DNA from: Parcubacteria group bacterium
Lineage (GTDB): Bacteria > Patescibacteriota > Minisyncoccia > UBA6257 > UBA11618
Assembly (NCBI GenBank): GCA_943357895.1
Contig: CALRGO010000003.1
Span: 15,389 to 79,388 of the forward strand
Reading direction: 5' to 3'
DNA: 64,000 nucleotides
Below are positions 30,574 through 38,793 of the stretch, one piece after another. Every line of letters starts with the position of its first letter. The first letter of the stretch is position 1. The translations under genes and the position numbers were made by a program. The notes under the pieces are model-generated. The model saw nothing but the letters and a program-made list of their open reading frames with translations, was not told the origin of the DNA and did not search any database.

Positions 30574-30615
30574 TTGTAAAGCATACCACGTATGAAATTA
30601 AAAAACGCAATGATA

Positions 30616-31251
30616 TCATTGAATACACTGACTTTTCGTATATTCCCCGACGCGTGTACGCTCTAAGTCCACCATATAGGCGCCCGTACCGAGTGCCACG
30701 CCGATATCGCGGGCTAAGGAGCGGATATATACGCCCGCACCCGTTACTGCACGCACGCGGATAGCGGGATAGTCATACGACAATACTTCGATTTCCTTAA
30801 TGACAACCGGCCGCGCCTGCATCACCACATCCTTCCCTTCGCGCGCATACGCATACGCCGGTTTTCCTTTAATTTTTAGTGCGCTATATATCGGCGGAAC
30901 CTGCATTATTTCGCCCACGAACTTTTGCACAGCAGCATCCACCGCCTCACGCGAAGGAATATCCGCAACTTCATGCGGCGTTTTTTCGCCTTCTTCGTCG
31001 TCCGTAGAGCTCGTTGCACCTAAGCGTACCGTTGTTACGTATTCCTTTTCTTTTTGTACTTCTGCCGCAAGCCCGCGCGTGGCTGTGCGGCCAACGCCAA
31101 TAACTAAAACTCCTCGCGCTAAGGGGTCGAGCGTGCCCGCATGCCCTACAGTGCGGATACCAGACGCCCTGCGGACGCGGTTAATAACGTCATGCGACGA
31201 CATGCCCGCTGGCTTCCATACGGCTATGATCCCTTCTCGAATACAATCCAT
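30616..31251 (-). CDS. truB: tRNA pseudouridine(55) synthase, no PUA domain
   Basis: GHAGTLDPLA, PPIYSALK, GVYIRSLARD. Confidence 0.95.
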   Translation of the reverse strand: MDCIREGIIAVWKPAGMSSHDVINRVRRASGIRTVGHAGTLDPLARGVLVIGVGRTATRGLAAEVQKEKEYVTTVRLGATSSTDDEEGEKTPHEVADIPSREAVDAAVQKFVGEIMQVPPIYSALKIKGKPAYAYAREGKDVVMQARPVVIKEIEVLSYDYPAIRVRAVTGAGVYIRSLARDIGVALGTGAYMVDLERTRVGEYTKSQCIQ

Positions 31252-31314
31252 TATTTTTTGAATATGTACTATTTTATGCGGTCGCATAGAATAGTACATA
31301 ATATCCAGAAACGC

Positions 31315-31674
31315 TTATTCCCCTTTAATTAATTTCTTTATCGCCCTCCCACCGGTCTTTACGCTATCTACGCTCTTTTCCTTAAGACGTTCTAATTCCG
31401 TACGCATATCTTCCTGCGCCTTATCCATAGCCTCAAGCACCGTTTTGCCCGTTGCCTCGGCACGCAAATCCCCACCCTTTACATGCACCATGATTTCCAC
31501 GCGGAACACGTCGCCCGTGCGGTGATGGCGCGTCGTGCGCCCCGCCTCTACCTGTGCAGTAACCGCACCTTCAAAATGGGCAGCAATCTTATCCAAGGCC
31601 GCCATCTTTTTACCGATATACTCCTGTACGGAAACCGACAATTCTATATCCGTTGCTTTCGTGGTGTATTTCAT
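31315..31674 (-). CDS. hpf: Ribosome hibernation factor (RaiA/HPF family)
   Basis: Size and LRAEA...AMD...LERLKEK pattern. Confidence 0.85.
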   Translation of the reverse strand: MKYTTKATDIELSVSVQEYIGKKMAALDKIAAHFEGAVTAQVEAGRTTRHHRTGDVFRVEIMVHVKGGDLRAEATGKTVLEAMDKAQEDMRTELERLKEKSVDSVKTGGRAIKKLIKGE

Positions 31675-31702
31675 ATCTGTTACTACGATAAACCCGTTTT
31701 TC

Positions 31703-32332
31703 TTATTTCGAAAGTGCTACGGTCAAGGGGCAATCCGCATGGGCATGCGGCCGCGCCACGCAGTACGCGCGGCCGTAATCTATTAGCCGGTACGTGAATG
31801 AGAACCATTCTTTCTTGGGGATAGCAGCCATTAAGTCACGCTCAATTTTTATCGGATCTTTATATTTCGTAAGCCCGAGCTTTTGCGCCAAACGCATTAC
31901 GTGCGTATCGACTGCAATACCCTCCACTACGCCATAAGCGTTACCAAGGACGACGTTCGCCGTTTTCCGCGCCACCCCCGGAAGCGTAAGAATCTCTTTC
32001 ATGGTGCGCGGAATCTCGCCATGAAACTTTTCCTTGATAATCTTTGCCGCCGCCAAAATATTCTTCGTCTTATTCCTAAAAAATCCTGTTGAATGAATAT
32101 CCTTTTCGAACTCGGCGGGACTCGCCGCGCAATAATCTTCGAGCTTCGGATATTTTTTAAAAAGCACAGGGGTCACGATATTTACCCGCTTGTCGGTGCA
32201 TTGGGCGGATAGCTGTACGGCAACCATCAACTCCCAATTATTCGAATACGTCAAAGCAATTTCTGGCTTAGGAAACAGCCTTTTTAACTCCCGCAAAATA
32301 ATTTTTACACGCAAATCAAAACCGCTTTCCAT
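31703..32332 (-). CDS. nth: Endonuclease III
   Basis: LSAQCTD, LPGVARKTAN, VDTHV; C-terminal CVARPHAHADCP. Confidence 0.95.
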   Translation of the reverse strand: MESGFDLRVKIILRELKRLFPKPEIALTYSNNWELMVAVQLSAQCTDKRVNIVTPVLFKKYPKLEDYCAASPAEFEKDIHSTGFFRNKTKNILAAAKIIKEKFHGEIPRTMKEILTLPGVARKTANVVLGNAYGVVEGIAVDTHVMRLAQKLGLTKYKDPIKIERDLMAAIPKKEWFSFTYRLIDYGRAYCVARPHAHADCPLTVALSK

Positions 32333-32366
32333 ATCCCGAAAGGATAGCGGAAAGCGGCTTTGAAAA

Positions 32367-32753
32367 CTAATTACCTTTCTTTAACGCATAAATCGTTGCC
32401 GTTCCTGGCCCCGTAAACGCAATACCAAGTGCGACAAGGAGAAGTATGAGCGGGAATTCGTAGCCGCCTGTGAACCCGTTACCCCACGTGAAGTAAACGG
32501 CGCCCGCCATGATAATGGCGATACCAAACCCTGCCCACTTGATCCAAAGACCGAGAATCATCGCGATGCCAAAGGCGAATTCGCCGAGCGAAACGAGGTA
32601 TGCAACAAATGCCGGAAGTCCCACCGTTACGAAGAAATCGATTGTTTCCTGCAAGTGCGAAAGCTTTTCCCAGCCGTGCGCGATGAAAACGAGACCGAGC
32701 CCTAAACGAATAAGGAACATACCGGTGTTCGTGCAGATTATCTTGTCACGCAT
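32367..32753 (-). CDS. DoxX family membrane protein
   Basis: RLGLGLVFIAHGWEK...GYEFP...GPG. Confidence 0.9.
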   Translation of the reverse strand: MRDKIICTNTGMFLIRLGLGLVFIAHGWEKLSHLQETIDFFVTVGLPAFVAYLVSLGEFAFGIAMILGLWIKWAGFGIAIIMAGAVYFTWGNGFTGGYEFPLILLLVALGIAFTGPGTATIYALKKGN

Positions 32754-32851
32754 ATATTTTTACAATTGAAAAAATCAAAATTAACAGCGACCCTTTTGTT
32801 ATTTTACTACCTATGCTCGCATGAGGCGAACCGTATTCGCTATTGCAACGC

Positions 32852-32930
32852 TGATTTAAAAGGTATCCCGAGTAGGACGAGGTTTAAACTTTTCAATACA
32901 TGTGAGGGGGAAGCGAAGCGACGATGACGA
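32852..32930 (+). repeat. ~80-bp dispersed repeat, copy 2
   Basis: Homologous to 15371-15448. Confidence 0.75.
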
Positions 32931-33001
32931 ACTATTGTCTTGCCAGCACATCTCTGGAGCAAAAACCCCCTAATTCCCCGCGTTAAAATGCGGGGAGGTT
33001 T

Positions 33002-33956
33002 TTACGGTATCAGGGGAACTGACTCCATTGGAACAGGCGGATACAAGTCCTCATCCACCGCGCGCCTAAAGCAGAAAGAGCCCGCGGGATGATCCCAATT
33101 ATCCTGCTTATATACGGGGTCGCCCGCGCCACGATTTTCCATGCTGAAATCCGCACACAGGGAAAATACTGGCCCGTCGGAAGGAGCCTCTATCGCGTAA
33201 CCGTATTCCACACCCGTCGCGGGATCCGTCGGCACCCTAAAACCCCGCACGTCGTCACGTAACGCTTCGAGCCCAGATGGCAACTCGTATTTCTTTTGCC
33301 AATAATTGATTACCTCCCACTGAATTGTCTGCAAATCACTAACGCGCCGCTCGTCGAACCGGCGCACGCGCTCGGTGGTGGGCGAACCAACAACGAAAAA
33401 GCCAGCGACGACCGAAACCACCACTACCCCTATTACGATACTCGGAAGAATTTTCATATGCGTAGTAACGTTACGCCACACCCCCGATACGGGGAGCTCC
33501 GCCCGCGCGTGGCGAGTAATGCCCGAAAACTGCCCCCGACACGAGGAATACCGTGACGGCTTTAAGCGCGAAGCGCGTGGTAAGGTCGCCGTTCAAAAGC
33601 GAATACACGAGCGACACCACGTCGCCGGCAATAATTACGGCCGCGAGGAAGAGCGTAAAGTATATAAGCCACTTGCGCGTTTTTATTTCGCGCATGGCGG
33701 GATTAGCCACGTATCCCCGCTCCAAAAGCAATGAACTGTAAATATAAGCGGGGAAAACCACCACAAGCGACGCAATCGCAAAGCGAATAGAACCGTATGC
33801 CGCCTGCGCTTCGTACGTATTGAGCGCGTCCGGCAAATAAATATTTATATAATCGAATATCAGCGAAACAAAAGCGCCGGCGGAAATATAGAGAGCGACT
33901 ATCGAAAATAGGTGCAAAAATACGTCTTTGGGCGAAGCTTGGTTTGTTTGTTCCAT
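33002..33956 (-). pseudogene. DUF5671-like membrane protein split into two ORFs (probable frameshift near 33515)
   Basis: ORFs 33471-33956 and 33002-33481 overlap; the +1 frame is open across the junction after FGHY. Confidence 0.55.
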
Positions 33957-34061
33957 ATGCATAAACCGTATCACGGTTGAAAACCATCAAGCAATATGAC
34001 ACTCTAAAAAAAGCCCTTCGGCACTATCGCACATCACCCCTCTTTTTTTGGAGCAATAGCC

Positions 34062-34748
34062 ATGAGCAGTGGACGCCTTATCACCATCGAAGGCATCGAC
34101 GGTGCCGGAAAAGGAACTCAAGTAGCATTACTTGTCACCCGCCTCGAATTAGAAGGGCATGCCATCGCCCTATTCGATTTTCCCCAATACAAAAAACCCC
34201 CGGCATGGTATGTTGAGCAATATCTAAATGGGAAATACGGTTCACTCGAAACCATTGGACCACATCTCGGATCGTTCTTCTTTATGCTCGATCGCCATGC
34301 GGCGGCAGTGAATATTCGCGATGCTCTCCATTGCGGGAAAATGGTGGTATGTAATCGATATGTGGGCTCTAATTTAGCGCATCAAGGCGGAAAAATCGCC
34401 GACAGCGGCAAACGCCACGCGTTCTTTAAATGGAATGACATAGTGGAATACCAAACGCATGGTATTCCCGTGCCCGACATCAATCCCGTGCTCTTTATCC
34501 CACCCGAAGCGAGCCGTACACTCGTCCTTCAAAAAGCCCGGCGAGCGCACCTCGAAGGGAAGGATCTTGACTTGCACGAAGCCGACATCAACCATCTGCG
34601 ACAGACATACACAGTCTATCGCGAACTCGTGGATATGTTTCCCGATAAATACGTTCCGGTGGAATGTTTCGAAGATGGACGGCATTTATCACCCCAAGAA
34701 ATCCACGAAAAGATTTGGGCAATCGTCGCCCCTGTCGTCGGGTATTGA
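34062..34748 (+). CDS. tmk: Thymidylate kinase
   Basis: ITIEGIDGAGKGTQ, NRYVGSN. Confidence 0.93.
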   Translation: MSSGRLITIEGIDGAGKGTQVALLVTRLELEGHAIALFDFPQYKKPPAWYVEQYLNGKYGSLETIGPHLGSFFFMLDRHAAAVNIRDALHCGKMVVCNRYVGSNLAHQGGKIADSGKRHAFFKWNDIVEYQTHGIPVPDINPVLFIPPEASRTLVLQKARRAHLEGKDLDLHEADINHLRQTYTVYRELVDMFPDKYVPVECFEDGRHLSPQEIHEKIWAIVAPVVGY

Positions 34749-34899
34749 CGCCCTATCCGCAAAAAAAACCCTGAACGCTACACGAGCGCGTTCGGGGCTT
34801 TCTCTTGCCAAAAAATACCTTTCGCCGTATGCTGACCTCGGTTTTGTTGACAACTTTACGGCACTTTTGCCATCCGTCCCAACCCGAGGAGATAGACCA

Positions 34900-36618
34900 A
34901 TGTTTCAGCTTCCCGAAGATCGCAAGCAGGATCTGCTTGCCCACGCCGACGAATATATCGGCGCGAAAGTCAACTACAGCTTCACTCCTAAAGAAATGTA
35001 CGTATTGGAGCAATTTTTTACTAATTGCGACCAAAAGATTTTCTTCGTCCACGGACTGCCAGCAAATGTACTCGCCACGTTTGCCGCGATGTATTCGCGC
35101 ATGGCGAACCCCCGCGGCATCCGCGGGGTATTTGTTGACACCTACCTCATCTCGCTCATCGCTGGCACGTTACCGGAAGTCGAAACGGAGTATGGCGGCA
35201 AGATCGCTGATTTTCTTAAGGCGAGCGATATCACGTCGCTCGACGGCTTTTACGCCCACAGCGAAGCTACGCGCGCTTGTTACGAAAATTTTACGAGAAG
35301 CATCGTGATGGATCCCGACTACATCCAATCCATCACGAACACGAAGCGGACGAAAGGATTCTTAAGCACGTGGCTTGACGCCTACGGGCACAATTCCATC
35401 GCTCGCGTGGCATCCGTCACGATCTGCTTCGAAGGCATCTCTATCCTCGCGGCAAAGTCGCTTGAATGGTCACGCCCCGGAGCCGGATTCATAGAACGGT
35501 CCACGCGGTATGTCAACATGACAGATCCGCAATGGTACCCAATTGAAAACGAAATCAGAATTTTGGGAGATAGTCTGTTTTTTGCAGAAAGAACGATTAA
35601 ACGGGCCTTTGAGTTATACGCGGAGCTTCTTGGTGCTGATGTGGACGGTGCGTTTCCGCGCTATTTGTTCGACAAGTACGGCAATGATTACTCTAGCAAC
35701 GAAGCCGCGCTCAAGCTCGGCGTCATGGGAGAATCATTCGACGTGCTCGGTAACTTTCTACCAGCCGCCACGCTCACTTCGGTGTGCGCGACGGTCAGCG
35801 GCGAAGCCCTGCCAAGCGTCTTGCGGCACTTACTGCTCGACGGCACGCCCGAAAACAACGCTATCGTGCAAATGATCCTGAAAGAAGCTGCAAAAATCGG
35901 CGCGAACCAATTCTGTCGGCATTACGAGCCGACAATATCGGAACATGCCGGCTGGAGCTACCTTTCGACGGCGGCGTTCAAAAACTGCCGTCTGCCAATT
36001 TATTTAGAAGGAGATTACCCGACGCGGAACTTACTCGATATGTTCTGTATGAAAGAAGGATTCGCAAACGTTGCGAGCATGGAGGAAGTGCATACGCTCC
36101 TCTACGGTGCGGGGCGTGCGGACCACGACAAGCTACCAAACGAATTCGAGGCAGTCGGCGTCCGCTTGAAAGGCATGATGTCGTTCCGTGGATGGCGCGA
36201 TTTACACCGGCAAGGGTTTTCGACCCACCGGCGCACGCTACTCACGCCTGAACTCGGCTTTTATGTTTACGACAAGCCGCACCCCGTAGAATTAGATATC
36301 GGCTTCGCCGTTATCGAAGAATTCGCGCGAGAAGAATGGCAACGCCTGCTGAATACGCCCGTATTCATGCGGCAGTACATGCTACCGATCGGCTTCAACG
36401 TAGGTTTCACCTTTGGGTGCAACGCGCGCCAAGCCGAATTCTGTAATTGGCAAAGGACGGACTACAGCGTAAACCACGAAGTGCGTCAAGTGTTCCTCGC
36501 TATGGAAAATGCTCTTCGCGGGCGCTACAAATGGTGGGCGCAATTCTCACGGGCGGATATGACGCCAAAATACGTCTTCGCCCGCGGCAAACCGAAACGT
36601 GAGCTGATTGCCGAATAA
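34900..36618 (+). CDS. thyX: Tandem-domain FAD-dependent thymidylate synthase (ThyX-like)
   Basis: YGHNSIA, ERSTRY, RDLHRQ; promoter TTGCCA-N17-TATGCT and SD GAGGAG support start 34900. Confidence 0.85.
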   Translation: MFQLPEDRKQDLLAHADEYIGAKVNYSFTPKEMYVLEQFFTNCDQKIFFVHGLPANVLATFAAMYSRMANPRGIRGVFVDTYLISLIAGTLPEVETEYGGKIADFLKASDITSLDGFYAHSEATRACYENFTRSIVMDPDYIQSITNTKRTKGFLSTWLDAYGHNSIARVASVTICFEGISILAAKSLEWSRPGAGFIERSTRYVNMTDPQWYPIENEIRILGDSLFFAERTIKRAFELYAELLGADVDGAFPRYLFDKYGNDYSSNEAALKLGVMGESFDVLGNFLPAATLTSVCATVSGEALPSVLRHLLLDGTPENNAIVQMILKEAAKIGANQFCRHYEPTISEHAGWSYLSTAAFKNCRLPIYLEGDYPTRNLLDMFCMKEGFANVASMEEVHTLLYGAGRADHDKLPNEFEAVGVRLKGMMSFRGWRDLHRQGFSTHRRTLLTPELGFYVYDKPHPVELDIGFAVIEEFAREEWQRLLNTPVFMRQYMLPIGFNVGFTFGCNARQAEFCNWQRTDYSVNHEVRQVFLAMENALRGRYKWWAQFSRADMTPKYVFARGKPKRELIAE

Positions 36619-36663
36619 GCAAGTATTGCCGAAGCAGAAAACCAACCGACCCCGACCGCGCGC

Positions 36664-36692
36664 TTGACGTGCGGTCGGGGTTTTCTTATGCT
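36664..36692 (+). promoter_or_regulatory. dcd promoter embedded in the thyX terminator hairpin
   Basis: TTGACG-N17-TATGCT, 6 nt to the ATG. Confidence 0.7.
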
Positions 36693-36698
36693 CGCACT

Positions 36699-37370
36699 AT
36701 GTTACTATCAGCACCCGCAATTGTACGGCATATCAAAAAAGGAACTATAACGATCGACGCGTATAATGAGAAAAACCTCGGTAACGCGAGCTACGACGTA
36801 ACGCTCGGCGCGCACTACTACCGCGAGCAAGCACCCACAGGAGGCAACGCGGTTTTTAATTTATATAACGAAGAAGACACCTACCGCGTATGGGGTAAAA
36901 AACATGCCGTGGCCGAAAAGTTCGGCAAGGATGGCGTAGCGGGCATTAAGAAAGACGATATGGTGATATGGCTTGCGCCGATGGAGACCGTCTTAGCGCA
37001 CACCGAAGAATTTATTGGCGGCACGGAAGTGGTAGACACGATGCTTAAAGCGCGATCATCGACCGCGCGCAACTTCATAAGCGTATGCAAGTGCGCTGGC
37101 TGGGGAGATGTTGGCTATGTTAACCGCTGGACGATGCAGATAACAAACCACAGCAGGTACTACCACATACCGCTCGTTGTGGGCCGCCGCATCGCGCAAA
37201 TTGTATTTTTCGAAGTAGAGCCGCTTCACGAAGTAGGCAATGCGGCATCATATGGCAAAAAAGATGACAGCAAGTACCAATCATCTGCGAACCTGAAGAA
37301 AATCAAAAAGGAATGGAAGCCGAGGGATATGCTGCCTAAGATGTGGAAGGACCGCGATGTTACGAAATAA
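36699..37370 (+). CDS. dcd: dCTP deaminase
   Basis: ASYDVTLG, ARSSTAR, GDVGY, RIAQIVF, SKYQ. Confidence 0.88.
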   Translation: MLLSAPAIVRHIKKGTITIDAYNEKNLGNASYDVTLGAHYYREQAPTGGNAVFNLYNEEDTYRVWGKKHAVAEKFGKDGVAGIKKDDMVIWLAPMETVLAHTEEFIGGTEVVDTMLKARSSTARNFISVCKCAGWGDVGYVNRWTMQITNHSRYYHIPLVVGRRIAQIVFFEVEPLHEVGNAASYGKKDDSKYQSSANLKKIKKEWKPRDMLPKMWKDRDVTK

Positions 37371-37824
37371 TTTTCGATTTTCGAGTTTTAGATAGGGGGT
37401 GTAAGCGAGCCGCCACTGAAAGCGCAAGCGCAATAATAATCAAGTTCTTAATTATGTACTGGCCGGTAAAGGTGGGTACGAGGATGCTCGCCCACGTTTC
37501 GTTGGGCAATAGAACGAGCGGTAAGAATGCAGCGAGCATATGCGGTAATAAGAGCGCTATTGCAAGCCGTTCTGCGCCGGCAATAAGAAATGCTAACCCA
37601 ATAACCATTTCGTACGAACCGAAGAATATGCGAAATGCTTCGAAAGAAACGAATGGCAATGTATTTTCTAAAAGCGCTGCAACAAGCGGTTCGGCGGGGC
37701 TAATATCTAAAACTTTAAGCAGGCCGAACCAGAAAAATATTATAAAAAGCGCCCCGCGCGCGGCAGGCTCTGCGATTTTTTTAATGCGGTGGACGACGAG
37801 AGCGTCGAAACGAGCGAACTGCAT
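37360..37824 (-). CDS. DoxX-like membrane protein
   Basis: FFWFGLLK...SPA...GQYIIKN. Confidence 0.8.
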   Translation of the reverse strand: MQFARFDALVVHRIKKIAEPAARGALFIIFFWFGLLKVLDISPAEPLVAALLENTLPFVSFEAFRIFFGSYEMVIGLAFLIAGAERLAIALLLPHMLAAFLPLVLLPNETWASILVPTFTGQYIIKNLIIIALALSVAARLHPLSKTRKSKIIS

Positions 37825-37967
37825 AGTATGATGATATCATACGCCATTTTATGGACAGTAATCCTCTGCCATGCTATGCTCTAGGCAACGAAGATTTAAC
37901 GAACAAATAGGCGAATGCCGTTTGTCTTTAGTCTCGGAAAGTCGTTTATAAAGCAAAAAAGACACTA

Positions 37968-38168
37968 ATGGCATTCGAACGCAACAATGGCGGCATGGGA
38001 GGCGGTAACTTCCAGCGTCAGATGTTCTCGGGAGATTGGAAGTGCTCGAAGTGCGCCGGCCCGATAAAGGAACTTCCTTTTCAGCCCGACCCAGCTCGGC
38101 TCGACCAGCTTCTCTGCAGGGACTGTCACCGTCAGAACGCCCCTCGCAGGGATTTCGGCGGTAGATAA
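37968..38168 (+). CDS. Small zinc-ribbon protein (CxxC-x17-CxxC-like family, spacer 20 here)
   Basis: CSKC...ELPFQP...CRDC with G/R-rich ends. Confidence 0.85.
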   Translation: MAFERNNGGMGGGNFQRQMFSGDWKCSKCAGPIKELPFQPDPARLDQLLCRDCHRQNAPRRDFGGR

Positions 38169-38173
38169 ACAAT

Positions 38174-38210
38174 AAAAAACACCCCCGACGGTATGTCGGG
38201 GGTGTTTTTT
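38174..38210. terminator. Bidirectional terminator
   Basis: aaaaaacacccccgac-ggtat-gtcgggggtgtttttt. Confidence 0.85.
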
Positions 38211-38225
38211 GTTTGCCCGTAAAAA

Positions 38226-38693
38226 TTATGTATGCCGGTCGAGACGGCGCAAAATCTCCAAGATCATCTTATTCTGGTTTTCTAAGTGCTGGAGCACAAC
38301 CTCTATTTCGAATTCCGCCTTAGTATTTATTTCAAAGTCAGCCTCGGCACGCGCGTCCGAATGCCTGCCGTTTAAATTCTGACTAATCATTAAAAGCGGC
38401 ATCATCATAAGCTGAAAAATATTAACGATAAAAAGCCATAGCACGAACGCCGGATACGGGTCGAACCGCATCGGGGTGGGGGCAAGTATATTCCACCCAA
38501 GCCACAAAACGGTAACACATATAAGTGTCACAAAAAAACTCGCAGAGCCGATACAGCGCGCAATAGCAACTGCCACGCGATCAAGAAAAGAAAGCCGCTC
38601 CTTGTGCTCGATGTCCGTACGGCGCATCCTCTTACGTAAATGCTTCAGTTCGTTGAGCGTCGGCGGATTATGTAAAGAATATTCCATATACAT
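38226..38693 (-). CDS. DUF1003 membrane protein
   Basis: FDPYPAF...MISQN...AEADFEIN. Confidence 0.88.
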   Translation of the reverse strand: MYMEYSLHNPPTLNELKHLRKRMRRTDIEHKERLSFLDRVAVAIARCIGSASFFVTLICVTVLWLGWNILAPTPMRFDPYPAFVLWLFIVNIFQLMMMPLLMISQNLNGRHSDARAEADFEINTKAEFEIEVVLQHLENQNKMILEILRRLDRHT

Positions 38694-38742
38694 AAAATAA
38701 TATCACAAAATCAAAACAGTATAATAAAACTAAACTCACGTC

Positions 38743-38788
38743 TTATCCCCACATTATCGTCATATGCCGGTCGGCATATGACGATAAT
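38743..38788. repeat. DnaA-box-like 9-mer plus 36-bp perfect palindrome, copy 1
   Basis: TTATCCCCA-C-ATTATCGTCATATGCCG-GT-CGGCATATGACGATAAT. Confidence 0.85.
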
Positions 38789-38793
38789 AGACC

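Noticed and set aside
34459-34899. 147-aa N-terminal extension of ThyX or a Tmk-ThyX frameshift fusion
   Set aside because: A hairpin, a promoter and an SD lie between tmk and ATG 34900; the open frame is probably incidental
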